64,000 bases of DNA, taken from NCBI GenBank assembly GCA_965263295.1, contig OZ253665.1, forward strand, positions 544,001 to 608,000. The letters are read 5' to 3'. Both the position numbers and the translations under genes were made by a program. The notes under the pieces were generated by a model. It saw nothing but the letters and a program-made list of their open reading frames with translations, made no database searches and was not told where the DNA came from. This document shows positions 48,980 to 60,655 of the stretch, piece by piece (within the stretch, counting starts at the first letter, position 1; every line of letters starts with the position of its first letter). This DNA comes from Spirochaetia bacterium. Its GTDB lineage: Bacteria; Spirochaetota; Spirochaetia; SP-2023.

Positions 48980-49252
48980 ATGAATAAAAAAGAACTTATT
49001 GAAGACATGGCGAAAAAATCCGGTCTTTCTCGCGGGAACTGCGAAAAAGCTTTGGCGGCTTTTCAGGATTCCGTGATCGGAGCTTTGAAAAAAAATAGCA
49101 GCGTTACACTGGTCGGCTTTGGAACTTTTAAAGTCGTTTCACGTGCTTCTCGTCAGGGACGTAACCCTTCTACTGGCGAAACCCTGACAATTACAGCTCG
49201 CAAAGTTGCCAAGTTTGTCGTCGGTAAAACTCTCAAAGACATCATTAAATAA
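48980..49252 (+). CDS. hup: HU DNA-binding protein
   Basis: MNKKELI, LVGFGTF, GRNPSTG; AAGGAG RBS; TTGCTT-18 bp-TATACT upstream. Confidence 0.95.
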   Translation: MNKKELIEDMAKKSGLSRGNCEKALAAFQDSVIGALKKNSSVTLVGFGTFKVVSRASRQGRNPSTGETLTITARKVAKFVVGKTLKDIIK

Positions 49253-49358
49253 ATTTCTGTTTTACTCCAGTCTCTGTTCTGGCAATTTTTACGGCAGCTT
49301 GAGCTGGAGACATTACAGTGTGGAGAGGGAGGACATCATTTAAGGTATTTATTTGTCA

Positions 49359-50348
49359 ATGAAAGATGAATGGTCTAATGTCCTGCCTGTGTATGGTCTG
49401 CGTTATCATGTGGCTTGGCTGTTTGTTTGTATCATTTCATTTACTTTTATCGTGCTGTTATTTAGCTATCAAATTATCGAGTATTGGATTTATCGCAATG
49501 ACAAGTTGACGACAGCTCAGCAAGATGACCTGACCGATCTTATCCGTCCTCTAGGCTCTTTTCGTTTGGATGGCCCCTTTCTGCGTTGGCAGCAGAAGTT
49601 TCGCAGCTCTGCTTGGCTGTGGCGGCAATATCACGATAAAACAGAAGATCACCCGGTTAAAAGGCTCTACAAAGAAGGTTCTGAGCCTTTATTTTATTAT
49701 TCCGAGCGAAATCCCCTGCAAATCTTGCTGGTAGGTGATTCGTTGGCCGAATCGATACAATTAAGTTTAAGTCCTCTATTGAGCCGTATTCCTAGTGTCA
49801 GTTTAAAGTCTAATGCCATAGTTTCATCAACTCTGACAAACAAGCATTTTGTCGATTGGCCTAAAACTTTGCGGCAGCTGCTTGGTCAGCGGCACTATGA
49901 TCTTGTCCTGGTGTTCATAGGAGCTAACAGCTGTCAGGCTGTTCGCAATGATGATGGAACGATTGTAGGATATGGTTCTAAAGCCTGGGAAAAGGCTTAT
50001 GGCGACAGGATTCGTGACTTCATTCAGCTGATTAAAGGAGAAGGGGCTGCGACCTGGTGGTTGATTAATCCGCAGATGTTAAAGCCAGATTATCAAAGAT
50101 GTATGGCCTCGATTAGTAAAGTTCAGCGTCAGGTTGGCCAGGAGTTGGCGGATGAAATCATTGAAACGGCACCAATTGTGGGGGCAGACGATGGTGGTTA
50201 TGCACAAAGTAAGGTTATTGACGGCAAGGTCTATTCATTGCGAAGTAGAGATGGAGTTCATTTTACTATTGAAGGTAGTCGCCTAGTAAGCGAAGAGATT
50301 CTACTGCGTATATATCAGCGTTATAAAATTCGTTCAAGTATGAATTGA
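49359..50348 (+). CDS. Membrane-anchored SGNH hydrolase (DUF459-like)
   Basis: VGDSL, IGAN, RSRDGVHFT. Confidence 0.8.
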   Translation: MKDEWSNVLPVYGLRYHVAWLFVCIISFTFIVLLFSYQIIEYWIYRNDKLTTAQQDDLTDLIRPLGSFRLDGPFLRWQQKFRSSAWLWRQYHDKTEDHPVKRLYKEGSEPLFYYSERNPLQILLVGDSLAESIQLSLSPLLSRIPSVSLKSNAIVSSTLTNKHFVDWPKTLRQLLGQRHYDLVLVFIGANSCQAVRNDDGTIVGYGSKAWEKAYGDRIRDFIQLIKGEGAATWWLINPQMLKPDYQRCMASISKVQRQVGQELADEIIETAPIVGADDGGYAQSKVIDGKVYSLRSRDGVHFTIEGSRLVSEEILLRIYQRYKIRSSMN

Positions 50349-50555
50349 AATGTTCTAATGGTATCAAAGGGTATTGTCTCCTAATATAAGAGGCAGTTTT
50401 GTGCGTGAAGTTTATGAGGATAAAGCTGGTCATTAAGTTTTATTTAAGCGTCATTTTATCGCTTTGGCAAACAAGGAGATTTATTTCTTGAATAATAAAG
50501 ATTATTGTCTTATTAAATGTGCCTATTTTAACTGTAAAGAATTTGTAGATTCCTG

Positions 50556-51425
50556 ATGTTTTTGAATGACCTGAATGACCTGGATGCCTATATGAAGCAT
50601 GTCCAGCGCTTCGACTTGTTGACGCGAGAAGAGGAATACGAGTTGGCTGTACGTGCTCGTGAAGAAGGGGATAAGTCTGCAATAGAGCGGCTTATTAACT
50701 GCAACCTTCGCTTGGTCATTAAAATTGCGCACCAGTATTCTTCTAAGCGTGACGGGATTCAAGACCTGGTCCAAGAAGGGAATATAGGCCTGATTACCGC
50801 AGTTAATAAGTTTGATCCTTACCGCAATGTCAAATTGCATGTATATGCAACCTGGTGGATTCGACAAGCCGTTAATACTTATGTGTTGAACAACAAACTC
50901 ATCCGCCTTCCTGTACGCAAAGAGATGTTACTGCGTCGTATTAGTCGTTATATTGATGAATATACTTTAAATAATGGCTTTCCCCCCGGTTTAGAGGACA
51001 TCAGTAAAAGATGCATGATACCCATGCCCCAACTGCTAGACATTTGGGCGATACATGATCCTGTAAGCTCGCTTGATAAAAGTTCTTTGGAGACAAAAGA
51101 CATTTTCGACTTGGTGGGGAATAATAAGTATAATCCGGCTTTTAAGGTTCGTCGTTTAATCTTGCAAAATCATTTAAAACATGTACTTTCCACTTTGACG
51201 GAACGCGAGAATTATGTTGTCCGACGTCGTTTCGCTTTGGGCTGTCCTGAGCCTGAAACATTTAGGATAATTGCTGCAAAGCTTTGTATTACCTCAGAAG
51301 CTGTGCGTTTGATTGAGTTGAAGGCTTTAAATAAATTGCGAGAACACCGGAAAGAGCTGGCGCCCTTATTGGAAGAGCTACAAGAGTTGTCCAATGATGT
51401 ATACAATTCAGTTTACAAAAATTGA
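50556..51425 (+). CDS. Group 2-like sigma70 factor lacking region 1.1 (RpoS-like)
   Basis: NLRLVIKIA, DLVQEGNIGL..AVNKFDP, YATWWIRQ, region 4 EAVRLIE.KAL.KLR. Confidence 0.85.
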   Translation: MFLNDLNDLDAYMKHVQRFDLLTREEEYELAVRAREEGDKSAIERLINCNLRLVIKIAHQYSSKRDGIQDLVQEGNIGLITAVNKFDPYRNVKLHVYATWWIRQAVNTYVLNNKLIRLPVRKEMLLRRISRYIDEYTLNNGFPPGLEDISKRCMIPMPQLLDIWAIHDPVSSLDKSSLETKDIFDLVGNNKYNPAFKVRRLILQNHLKHVLSTLTERENYVVRRRFALGCPEPETFRIIAAKLCITSEAVRLIELKALNKLREHRKELAPLLEELQELSNDVYNSVYKN

Positions 51426-51458
51426 CGGATTCACATCCTTTAGATTGGATGCTTAAAT

Positions 51459-52892
51459 ATGAAAGCCCTATTATTTACATCGTTCGCTTATGTTATTTTA
51501 CCTCTAGCCACATTGTACTCGTGTTTTGCCAGCATATATTTACTGGATTTTCATGACCCCGAATTCCTGCCTTATCTTGTGCAGTGGGTGCCTGGGGTCT
51601 TTTTATATTATGTCTATGTCAGTCAACTGATTATTGGACAGCGTTTGCCGTTTCTAGATCGAATTTGGGGCTTCCCAAATCAAGTGCGCCGGCATCGGGG
51701 TCTGTTAGTTGATATAATGTTATTTAATCTGGTCTTACACATTGTAGTTCACTTGCGCGATGGTCTCGAAAAGCTAGTTCTGCGGCCGGACAGTGGTATG
51801 TTAGCGGTTTACATCGCTGTTGTATTCAGCATTCTTTTAATCTGGGTGGCCAATAAAGTCTGGCTGAGGCCGCCGGCGGATAAGTCGAGTAAAAATCAAA
51901 AAACTGTCAGCTATGCCAAAATGCATCTTTTGCACCAGCTGTTTTACTTTATTGCCATTGCCGTTTGGTATCACGTGTTTACTGCCGGAGCTTTTCGGGG
52001 CAATTTGTTAGGTCAGATATTGGTATCTGGGTATCTGATTTTCGCTTTGTTGTGCAAGGTATTCATGGTGCTATTACAAGTGACGGCTCCCGTGTACAGA
52101 TTGGAAAGCATGGAAACTCTACATGAGGATTTTGTGCGTCTGCGATTGCGAACAACAAGAGCTGCCCCCATTGGAACTAAGGCCCAATTAGGGGCAGCCC
52201 GCCGCGTGCGACTTTTGCACTATCATCAACCGGGTCAATATGCGTATTTTTCTTTTGCCATGCAGGATAAGAATGGAAAGACGTATTGGGAGCAACATCC
52301 GTTTTCTTTTGCTGGTTATGCGCCTCAGGATTCGGCTGAAGACAATTCATTATTGACCGTAATAGTCAAAAAGCGCGGGGATTTTACAAATCGACTGCAT
52401 GAATTAGCTACAGGAGAAACAGGGACTAGAGTCCGGGTATTGGGCCCTTATGGAAATTTCTGCCTTAACTCAGTCCACAGTCCTGACGGTGCGCAGTTAG
52501 TGGCTGCGGGAATCGGTATTACGCCATTTTTATCCATTCTGGAGCAACGAGCCTTCGCCGCTGCGACAGCATCGCCAGAGGAGGGGGGGCGACTTGAGCC
52601 ACTCAAGGAGCCCCCTCTAACCTTGCATTGGTTTGTAACGGAAGAAAGCGAACTGGTTTTTAGTGATCGCTTTCGCTACTTTAAGAAGCAATTACCCCAT
52701 TTAAATATAAAAACGTATGTCGGTCAAAGTTTAACGCACGATATATTGCTTCAAACTTTAAGAGCTTCAGCTGAGGGCCGTCCATGTGTGTTGTACTGCG
52801 GACCAGGTCCTGTAGTGCCTATATTGCGTAACGTAATGGCGAATATGCATATACCTCGGCGTTACTTCCACTCTGAGTTGTTTGCTATGTAG
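51459..52892 (+). CDS. Ferric reductase-like transmembrane FAD/NAD oxidoreductase
   Basis: TM histidines; PGQY, HPFS, GDFT, GPYG, AAGIGITP, YCGP, ELF. Confidence 0.85.
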   Translation: MKALLFTSFAYVILPLATLYSCFASIYLLDFHDPEFLPYLVQWVPGVFLYYVYVSQLIIGQRLPFLDRIWGFPNQVRRHRGLLVDIMLFNLVLHIVVHLRDGLEKLVLRPDSGMLAVYIAVVFSILLIWVANKVWLRPPADKSSKNQKTVSYAKMHLLHQLFYFIAIAVWYHVFTAGAFRGNLLGQILVSGYLIFALLCKVFMVLLQVTAPVYRLESMETLHEDFVRLRLRTTRAAPIGTKAQLGAARRVRLLHYHQPGQYAYFSFAMQDKNGKTYWEQHPFSFAGYAPQDSAEDNSLLTVIVKKRGDFTNRLHELATGETGTRVRVLGPYGNFCLNSVHSPDGAQLVAAGIGITPFLSILEQRAFAAATASPEEGGRLEPLKEPPLTLHWFVTEESELVFSDRFRYFKKQLPHLNIKTYVGQSLTHDILLQTLRASAEGRPCVLYCGPGPVVPILRNVMANMHIPRRYFHSELFAM

Positions 52893-53085
52893 CCGCCTCG
52901 TCAAATATGGAGACTGGGCAGATTGAGGAATGGAAGGCTTGACTTTTTTTGTAAATCTTCATTATATTTTCTGCGCAGTGAGGCCCACGGATTTCATTTT
53001 TACTTTTTATTCATTTTGAAGCTTGTTGTATGTCCGGCACCTGCATCAGGCGCTAGTTCAGGTCAGTATGTTGCCGAGTTCAAGT

Positions 53086-53116
53086 AAGCACCTCTCGATG
53101 GAGGTGCTTTTGGTTT
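53086..53116 (+). terminator. Intrinsic terminator-like hairpin in the cysD leader
   Basis: AAGCACCTC-tcgatg-GAGGTGCTT followed by TTGGTTT. Confidence 0.65.
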
Positions 53117-53248
53117 ATCGGGATTCCTTGGCGATTGAGTAATCGGTTGGCAATCGGTTTAAGGGTTTTTGGCGCCCAGGGCCAGACTTCTTGTCATAAA
53201 TTGGCCTGTTCAAATTGAGATAGGTCATATCAGGAGGAAATAAAGGGC

Positions 53249-54127
53249 ATGGATCAACTTACCCGGCTGGAATCTCAGTCCGTATACATACTGCGTGAAG
53301 CCTATTGCAAGTTCGCCAATCTGGCTATGTTGTGGTCAATTGGTAAAGATTCCACCGTGCTGTTGTGGCTGGCTCGGAAAGCTTTCTTTGGCCATGTGCC
53401 GATTCCCTTGGTGCACATTGATACGTCGTATAAAATTCCAGAGATGATTGAATATCGGGATCGTCTGGCACGGGAGTGGAACTTGAATATGGTTTACGGC
53501 CAGAACCGCGAAGCTTTGGCCGCCAAACAGACTTATCCTGACGGTGCGGTATCGCGGACTGATTGCTGCAAGGCATTGAAATCAGAAGCTTTGAAGCATA
53601 CTCTTTCTGGGGAATGGACGCGCTTTCGGCTCGACCACGGTCTGGGCAGGTATGTCGAGGACAAAAATACAGAACCTTATACCGGCATTATTGTCGGCGT
53701 GCGTGCCGACGAGGAAGGTAGTCGTTCGAAAGAGCGCTATTTTTCACCGCGTGATCAGCACAATGACTGGAATGTCGACGATCAACCGCCGGAACTGTGG
53801 GATCAGTTCAAGACGGACTTTGCGCCGGGCACACACCTGCGTATTCACCCTTTGCTGGACTGGACAGAGCTGAACATTTGGGAATACATTGAACGCGAAA
53901 AAATACCCACAGTTAGCCTCTACTACAACCGAGGGGATGGCAAACGTTACCGTTCTCTCGGTTGTTATCCCTGCACGAAACCAGTCGATTCGGAGGCCCG
54001 CAATTCGCGGGAGATCATCGACGAATTGAGAACGGGTAAATTTGCCCATATTGCTGAGCGTTCCGGCCGCGCCCAGGACGAGGAGGGCGGAGGCTTGGAA
54101 ATTTTGCGCAGAGACGGATATATGTGA
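53249..54127 (+). CDS. cysD: Sulfate adenylyltransferase subunit 2
   Basis: [27 protein letters not shown], terminal GYM; AGGAGG upstream. Confidence 0.93.
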   Translation: MDQLTRLESQSVYILREAYCKFANLAMLWSIGKDSTVLLWLARKAFFGHVPIPLVHIDTSYKIPEMIEYRDRLAREWNLNMVYGQNREALAAKQTYPDGAVSRTDCCKALKSEALKHTLSGEWTRFRLDHGLGRYVEDKNTEPYTGIIVGVRADEEGSRSKERYFSPRDQHNDWNVDDQPPELWDQFKTDFAPGTHLRIHPLLDWTELNIWEYIEREKIPTVSLYYNRGDGKRYRSLGCYPCTKPVDSEARNSREIIDELRTGKFAHIAERSGRAQDEEGGGLEILRRDGYM

Positions 54128-56028
54128 GGCCGAAAAATAAAAATATGAAACCAGAGCGACTTAGAGAACAGTTTAGTATCGTTGTCGTCGGCCATGTGGA
54201 CCACGGTAAGAGTACCGTAATCGGGCGCCTTTTGGCCGATACTGGTGCTTTGCCGGCAAATAAATTGGAACAGGTGCGCACTATGTGCGAGCGCAATGCC
54301 AAACCGTTTGAGTACGCTTTTTTGCTCGATGCTTTAAAGAACGAACAAAGTCAGGGCATTACCATTGACAGTGCGCGCTGTTTTTTTAAGTCGGCCAAGC
54401 GCGATTATATTATTATTGATGCGCCCGGCCACATTGAATTCTTGAAGAATATGGTGACTGGCGCCGCGCGGGCCGAAGCGGCTATTTTGGTCATCGACGC
54501 GAAAGAAGGAGTGCGGGAAAACTCGCGGCGTCACGGTTATATGCTCAGTATGCTGGGTGTGGAACAAGTTGTCGTACTGGTCAATAAGATGGACCTCATT
54601 GGTTATGATCAGCGGCGTTTCGAGGCCATCCGTGATGAATATCGCGCCTTCTTGCAACAGATTGACGTACAGCCACATACATTTTTGCCCGTCTCGGCCT
54701 TTTGGGGTCAGAATTTATGCCAGCCGTCCAGTGAAATCCCTTGGTTTGATGGTGGCGACCTACTGAGTGTCATGGACAGCTTTGAACCGGAGCAGTCTCG
54801 CGCCGCCAGGCCGTTACGCTTTCCGGTGCAGGATATCTATAAGTTTACAGAAGAAGGTGATAATCGCCGTATTTGCGCCGGTCGGGTCGAAACCGGGCAG
54901 CTTTGCAAGGGAGACGAGCTCATATTTTTGCCTTCGGGTAAACGCGCCAAGCTTGCGAGCATTGAAGGGTTCAATGTCGCTGAGCAATGCAGTGCCGAGG
55001 CTGGGCGTTCTATTGGTTTTACTCTGGAGCCTGAGATTTACATTAAGCGAGGGGAGCTGATGGCCCACGCTGATGAGGCCGAACTGAAACCTCAGGTCGG
55101 CAAGGAACTGCGCGTCAACTTGTTCTGGATGGGGCGGCGACCAATGGTGACGGGTAAAAAATATAAGTTAAAAATTGCCACCGCAGAACATTCGATAAGT
55201 TTAAAAAAAGTATACCATGTTCTGGATGCTTCTGAACTTAGCTCGGTGCAAGGCAAGCAGCAGATTGATTTGAATGATGTCGCCGACTGTGTATTGGAGT
55301 CGTTGAGCTCTGTGGCTTTTGATCCCGTGCGGGAGGTCCCCCAAACCGGGCGCTTCGTTATTGTCGACGAATACGATATTGCTGGCGGGGGCATCGTTCT
55401 GGGTTCCACGCAAGAGGGCGAGAGCCTCTTGCAGCGGCATATCCGCGAACGCGAAGCATTTTGGCAGCGCAGTAATTTGACGCCAAAGTTGCGCGCCAGA
55501 CACTACAATCAAAAAGCGATTCTGCTTATTGTCAGCTGTGAAAATGCAGAGTTGGGTGCTAACTATGCCGCTGCCCTGGAGGAAAAACTCTTTAGCCAAG
55601 GGCGCTATGTTTATTATATGGCGCCGCGCAATGTAAGCATTGCCCAGCAGGGCAAAGGCTTTATGAAGACTGGGTTCCAACATTTACAGCGGCAGCAGAG
55701 GAGTGCGGCGAAGGTACCCAGGCCACATTCGCTCACACCGAGCCACACCGAGCACAGCGAAAGCCTACAGCGTCTGGGAGAAATAGCCCATATGTTTTGT
55801 GATTCAGGGGCTATTTTGGTTACCGCGCTCAGCCGTCTGGACAGCGATGAGTTGAAACTGTTGGCGGCCCTGAATTCTCCCTATGAGCATTGGGTAGTGC
55901 AAGTTGGCGAGGGGGACTTGCCTGACGATGTCGTGCAGTTAAAATTGAGCGCCGCACTGGAATTGCCTGAAGGTGTTGAGCGCTTGGTCCATATCTTGGC
56001 GACTCGCAATATTTTGTTGGATTATTAA
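54124..56028 (+). CDS. cysN: Sulfate adenylyltransferase GTPase subunit with degenerate APS-kinase-like C-terminus
   Basis: [28 protein letters not shown]. Confidence 0.9.
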   Translation: MRPKNKNMKPERLREQFSIVVVGHVDHGKSTVIGRLLADTGALPANKLEQVRTMCERNAKPFEYAFLLDALKNEQSQGITIDSARCFFKSAKRDYIIIDAPGHIEFLKNMVTGAARAEAAILVIDAKEGVRENSRRHGYMLSMLGVEQVVVLVNKMDLIGYDQRRFEAIRDEYRAFLQQIDVQPHTFLPVSAFWGQNLCQPSSEIPWFDGGDLLSVMDSFEPEQSRAARPLRFPVQDIYKFTEEGDNRRICAGRVETGQLCKGDELIFLPSGKRAKLASIEGFNVAEQCSAEAGRSIGFTLEPEIYIKRGELMAHADEAELKPQVGKELRVNLFWMGRRPMVTGKKYKLKIATAEHSISLKKVYHVLDASELSSVQGKQQIDLNDVADCVLESLSSVAFDPVREVPQTGRFVIVDEYDIAGGGIVLGSTQEGESLLQRHIREREAFWQRSNLTPKLRARHYNQKAILLIVSCENAELGANYAAALEEKLFSQGRYVYYMAPRNVSIAQQGKGFMKTGFQHLQRQQRSAAKVPRPHSLTPSHTEHSESLQRLGEIAHMFCDSGAILVTALSRLDSDELKLLAALNSPYEHWVVQVGEGDLPDDVVQLKLSAALELPEGVERLVHILATRNILLDY

Positions 56029-56206
56029 GCTTAGGGGGAAGCTTTGGCCGACTTCAATAAAGTCTTGGCTTATTTTTGATTTCCGATACAAGAGGAAAAA
56101 AACTTATATCCCGTTTCTGAGAGCTTGTATTGTCGATTTTATTGTTTTATTTATAATAGCGCATTCTTGGGAGCTTTTGCCACCAATATGTAAAAAAGGA
56201 GTGACT

Positions 56207-56686
56207 ATGGAAGCTATTGCCAGTTTTGAAGTAGACCACATCCGCATGTCGCGGGGAATTTTTGTCTCGCGCAAGGATTGTGTCGGCGACAATGTTATTA
56301 CTACTTTTGATATTCGCATGAAGGAGCCCAATCGGGAGCCGGTAATGGATGTGCCGGCCTTGCATAGTATTGAACATTTGGCTGCTACCATTTTGCGCAA
56401 CGATAAAGACTGGGCAGATCGTGTTGTGTACTTTGGTCCGATGGGTTGCCGCACTGGCTATTATTTGCTGTTGCAGGGGGACTTGGATTCAAAAGAGGTC
56501 CTGCCTTTAGTTCGCAGTCTGTTTCAGAATATTGTTGCCTGGAAAGATGAAATCCCTGGAGCTAGCGCGGCCTGCTGTGGCAATTGGTGCGATCACAATC
56601 TGAATATGGCGCACTGGGAAGCTCATAAATTTCAAACCGAAGTGCTGGATAATCCCCAAGATGGGAACCTGAAATATCCAGAATAG
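56207..56686 (+). CDS. luxS: S-ribosylhomocysteine lyase
   Basis: IASFEVDH, HSIEH, GPMGCRTG, CGN; AAGGAG RBS. Confidence 0.95.
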   Translation: MEAIASFEVDHIRMSRGIFVSRKDCVGDNVITTFDIRMKEPNREPVMDVPALHSIEHLAATILRNDKDWADRVVYFGPMGCRTGYYLLLQGDLDSKEVLPLVRSLFQNIVAWKDEIPGASAACCGNWCDHNLNMAHWEAHKFQTEVLDNPQDGNLKYPE

Positions 56687-56746
56687 ACATATATTTATAT
56701 TTGCTAAATTCTACAATGCAGAAAGTATTGGTCATCAGGTGTCCTG

Positions 56747-58189
56747 TTGCATGTCGTATATCAGGCCCTTGTGTCGGGCGGAAGGGAAACGGATCGTTAC
56801 GTGGATAAAGTGAGTGAAGATAACTTGGGTCGGGTAACCCCGCAGGGCTACAAGCAGCGCGTTGAGCGCGCTTTGGAGGAAATCAAGAAAGGTCGCTACG
56901 TGATTGTTTGCGACGATGAATCGCGTGAAAATGAAGGAGACTTGATCGCTGCGGCCGAGCTATGCACAGCGGAATTGGTTAATTTTGCCATTACTGAGGC
57001 ACGCGGCCTCCTGTGTCAGGCCATTGACGAGAAGACAGCCAGCTACCTGGCCCTGCCGATGATGAGCCGCTCAAATAGCTCTATATTCTCAACGGCTTTT
57101 ACGGTCAGTGTCGATCATTGCCGTGCCGGCACGGGAATCTCGGCTGCAGCTCGTTCCTTGACGATTCAGTCAATTGGCGAAGCCGCCGGGGAAGCGACGA
57201 CGTTTCCGCACGCTTTTCTGCGCAATACAGCTTCTGTTCCGACGGAGTCTCAGTTGCACAAGCGGGGAGATTTGCGCAAGGTTTTGGTGAAACCGGGGCA
57301 TATTTTCCCCTTGGTCGCCATGCCTGGCGGGGTTTTACAGCGTGGCGGGCAGACGGAGGCCACTGTCGATTTAATGACGATGGCGGGATTTAAACCCAGT
57401 GGTATGCTCTGTGAAATAGTCGCATCCAACGGTGAGATGTCACGCGGAAAAGAGTTGGCCGACTTTGCCGTTCGCCACGGATTGTGCCAATTGACGATAG
57501 CCGATATTGCCACTTATCGCCGGGAAGTTTTGGGGCACCGTTGGGGAGAAGAGGAACGGCGAAAACATCGCAACAAGGCAATTTTTCTCTCACCTAGCAC
57601 TGAAATAGAACTGCCCAGTCACTTGGGCAATTTTCGTTCTTGCATGATTGAAGATATGCGCGATATTGGGGCCGAGAATTTACTGATTTGGAAGGGCGCA
57701 CTTTCTGACTTGGCTAACTTTTCTCGGACGGATCAGGCGCCACTTTTACGCATACATTCTCAATGTTTTACGGGCGAGGTCTTGTCTTCTCAGCGCTGTG
57801 ATTGCCAGGCTCAGCTAAACTATGCCCTGCAGAGTATAGAGTCTGAAGGTCGCGGCCTAATTGTCTATCTGCGGCAGGAAGGCCGCGGGATTGGCCTGCA
57901 CAATAAATTTCAAGCCTATCAACTTCAGCAGCAACAAAACCTGGATACCGTGGAAGCTAATGAGGCCATGGGCTTCGCCGATGATCTGCGCGAATATTCG
58001 GTGGCTATCGGAGTTTTGCGCTACTTGGGCGTGCATAAAGTTCGCTTGTTGTCGAACAATCCCCACAAGATTGCTGCCTTGGAAGCTGAAGGAATTGTAG
58101 TCGAACGCGTCCCCATACATGTTGGCAAAACGCCACATAATCGACACTATTTGCAGACTAAGAAGAATAAGAGTGGGCACTTGCTCTAG
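56747..58189 (+). CDS. ribBA: Bifunctional DHBP synthase/GTP cyclohydrolase II
   Basis: [42 protein letters not shown]; start uncertain (GTG 56801 or 56810 possible). Confidence 0.93.
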   Translation: MHVVYQALVSGGRETDRYVDKVSEDNLGRVTPQGYKQRVERALEEIKKGRYVIVCDDESRENEGDLIAAAELCTAELVNFAITEARGLLCQAIDEKTASYLALPMMSRSNSSIFSTAFTVSVDHCRAGTGISAAARSLTIQSIGEAAGEATTFPHAFLRNTASVPTESQLHKRGDLRKVLVKPGHIFPLVAMPGGVLQRGGQTEATVDLMTMAGFKPSGMLCEIVASNGEMSRGKELADFAVRHGLCQLTIADIATYRREVLGHRWGEEERRKHRNKAIFLSPSTEIELPSHLGNFRSCMIEDMRDIGAENLLIWKGALSDLANFSRTDQAPLLRIHSQCFTGEVLSSQRCDCQAQLNYALQSIESEGRGLIVYLRQEGRGIGLHNKFQAYQLQQQQNLDTVEANEAMGFADDLREYSVAIGVLRYLGVHKVRLLSNNPHKIAALEAEGIVVERVPIHVGKTPHNRHYLQTKKNKSGHLL

Positions 58190-58211
58190 ATATCTATTTT
58201 GTGAGGAAAAT

Positions 58212-58703
58212 ATGGATCCGACATATAAACTGATTGAGGGAACTTTCCGGGCTGAAAATATGTGTTGTGCCATCGTTTGTTCCCGTTTCAATGAATTGAT
58301 TGTGAGCAAATTGCTCAGCGGGGCTATTGATTGTCTGGTGCGCCATGGAGCAAATGTGGCCAAGCAGCTTGTATGTTGGGTTCCGGGCGCCATGGAGCTG
58401 CCCGCAGTAGCTCGGCAATTGGCGCATGACTCCCCATATGACGCCGTGATCTGTTTGGGTGCCGTGATTCGTGGTGGTACGCCACACTTTGATATGGTGG
58501 CAAATGAGGCGACTAAAGGCATAGCTCAAGTAGCGCTCAACGCTTCCAGGCCCGTAATATTCGGTGTTTTGACGACCGACAACATTGAGCAAGCGATTGA
58601 GCGCGCGGGAACCAAAATGGGGAATAAGGGTTGGGAGGCCGCCCTGAGTGCCATCGAAATGTACAATTTGTATGCTTGCCTGAAGACAGATTTGTTAAAT
58701 TGA
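58212..58703 (+). CDS. ribH: 6,7-dimethyl-8-ribityllumazine synthase
   Basis: [33 protein letters not shown]. Confidence 0.95.
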   Translation: MDPTYKLIEGTFRAENMCCAIVCSRFNELIVSKLLSGAIDCLVRHGANVAKQLVCWVPGAMELPAVARQLAHDSPYDAVICLGAVIRGGTPHFDMVANEATKGIAQVALNASRPVIFGVLTTDNIEQAIERAGTKMGNKGWEAALSAIEMYNLYACLKTDLLN

Positions 58704-58745
58704 TTGAGTATAAATTTTATTGTGAAGCAGGTGGAATAGACGCGT

Positions 58746-59324
58746 ATGGCTGACATGAAGACAGAAGAAGAAATGCTATCGTACGGCCTGAGCTTGGATA
58801 CGGGTGGCCCCGCGCTGCCGTGCCGCATTGTTTTGTATACTGATGGTGGTTGTCGAGGGAACCCCGGCCCGGGCGCTTGGGCCGCTGTCAGCTTCCTTGA
58901 ATATATGGAACAGTCTGCGGCAAATGCAGTAAATATTTGCGAAATAGCGGGTTCAGCTCCTAGAACCACGAACAATCAAATGGAATTACAGGCCGTGATT
59001 GAGGGTTTTAAAGCATTGGAAGGTCATTACCCTGGCGTTCTCGCTGCCGGGCGACGCATTGCCAATCTAGAGCTTGCGGTATATACGGATTCACAATACG
59101 TCAAAAATGGCATTAGCATCTGGATTCACAACTGGAAGAAAAATTCCTGGCGCACTAGTGCCAAGCAGCCAGTCAAAAATAAGGAGCTGTGGCAAGGGTT
59201 GGATCGACAAGTGAGCATTTTGAGTGAGAGTTGCCGCCTGCAATGGCATTGGGTCAAGGGACACGCCGGCAACTCTTACAACGAGCGTTGTGATGCATTG
59301 GTGCGGGAGAACTTTCCGAACTGA
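58746..59324 (+). CDS. rnhA: Ribonuclease HI
   Basis: YTDGGCRGNPGPG, TTNNQMEL, DSQY, WVKGHAG..NERCD. Confidence 0.93.
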   Translation: MADMKTEEEMLSYGLSLDTGGPALPCRIVLYTDGGCRGNPGPGAWAAVSFLEYMEQSAANAVNICEIAGSAPRTTNNQMELQAVIEGFKALEGHYPGVLAAGRRIANLELAVYTDSQYVKNGISIWIHNWKKNSWRTSAKQPVKNKELWQGLDRQVSILSESCRLQWHWVKGHAGNSYNERCDALVRENFPN

Positions 59325-59354
59325 ATTGATATAAAACACCGCCAAAATCAGGTA

Positions 59355-60629
59355 TTACAGCAGTGTGCTGCGTTCCAACAATAGTCGCTGCTCTTGGTAG
59401 AAAACAGGAAGGGCGATACGCAGCATTGTCCCACAACCTTCTTCACTTTGAATTTGCAGATCTCCGTTGTGGTTCTGTAGTATGCGCAGAACCATTGTCA
59501 TGCCGAGGCCGGATCCCTTAGCTCGTGTGGTAAAAAATGGTTCAAAAATTTTTTTCTGGGTTTCTTTATTCATACCGCAACCATTGTCCTGGATTTCCAG
59601 ATAAACTTTGTCATTTTTTAAGTAACTGTTTAAAGTCAGCTTCCCTTGATATATTTCACATAACTGGCTCTGTAAGCTTTCAGCTTTTTCTTCAATGGCG
59701 AGAAGAGAATTCTGCATCAGATTTAATAGCAGGCGTTTAAACATTGATTCATCTAAAGCTACGTCGGGCAATTCTTTGGCCAACTGTAGATCTAAAGAAA
59801 TGCCTTTATTTATAAGTTCTGGTTGCAATAGTTCTAGGCAAGCTAGGAGGACTTTGTGTATATTTTGTTTTACCAGTTCAAGTTCGAGGGGCCGTACCGT
59901 CAAGAGAAAGTCGGTGACAAAAATGTTCAAACGCTCAATTTCCTCTTGAACAATGCCACAGTATTCAATTAGTTGCTCATGTAAAAAAGCGCCGTCTGCT
60001 TCGGGATTACTTTTCTTCAACAGGCGTTGCATCAGCTGTATATGTAGGCTCATCGCAGCCAATGGGTTTTTGATCTCGTGGGCGACCCCGGCTGTCACTG
60101 TCGAAAGCGATGCCAGTATGTCCAGCTGTTGTACTCGCCGTTCTTGTCTGCGCAGTTCGCTGACATCGCTGATTAAAATGATCCAACCCTCAATGGTGCC
60201 GTTCCGCACTTGCGAGGATATCTCCACACGCGTTACCCGCAGTTCGTTGTTACTGTCAAAAAATTGAAATTCGCGCGGCTGAATGACGCCGTTGCCTTGA
60301 AGTTCCGTCGCCAGCCAATGGGCGAGCTCATCGTGATCTAGAGCGTGCCAGATCGGGCTATTATTTTGTTGTGATGTGCCTTGCCGGGCGAAGAACAGCG
60401 GGCAGCGCTGCACCGCTCGATTCATTAGCTGCAGATGAAAATCACGGTTTAAAAGAATAATCCCAATCGGCAGGGATTGCAGTAAAGTTTCGCCCTGTTG
60501 CAAGTCGTCGGAGAGCTCTTTGACCCAGTGTTGTAGCTGCTCTTTACCTAAATTCCCCAGGCGTTTGCTGCGCCTCAGACGTTCGCTATTGCTGTTAAAG
60601 ATGCTGTTGCGGCCGCTGAAAAATGCCAT
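59355..60629 (-). CDS. Cytoplasmic PAS-domain histidine kinase (NtrB/Hk2-like)
   Basis: [31 protein letters not shown]. Confidence 0.92.
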   Translation of the reverse strand: MAFFSGRNSIFNSNSERLRRSKRLGNLGKEQLQHWVKELSDDLQQGETLLQSLPIGIILLNRDFHLQLMNRAVQRCPLFFARQGTSQQNNSPIWHALDHDELAHWLATELQGNGVIQPREFQFFDSNNELRVTRVEISSQVRNGTIEGWIILISDVSELRRQERRVQQLDILASLSTVTAGVAHEIKNPLAAMSLHIQLMQRLLKKSNPEADGAFLHEQLIEYCGIVQEEIERLNIFVTDFLLTVRPLELELVKQNIHKVLLACLELLQPELINKGISLDLQLAKELPDVALDESMFKRLLLNLMQNSLLAIEEKAESLQSQLCEIYQGKLTLNSYLKNDKVYLEIQDNGCGMNKETQKKIFEPFFTTRAKGSGLGMTMVLRILQNHNGDLQIQSEEGCGTMLRIALPVFYQEQRLLLERSTLL

Positions 60630-60655
60630 AGTCGAAACTCCTAAAATTTCAGTAT

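Noticed and set aside
56687..56800. FMN riboswitch before ribBA
   Set aside because: The gap is short and lacks FMN aptamer motifs.
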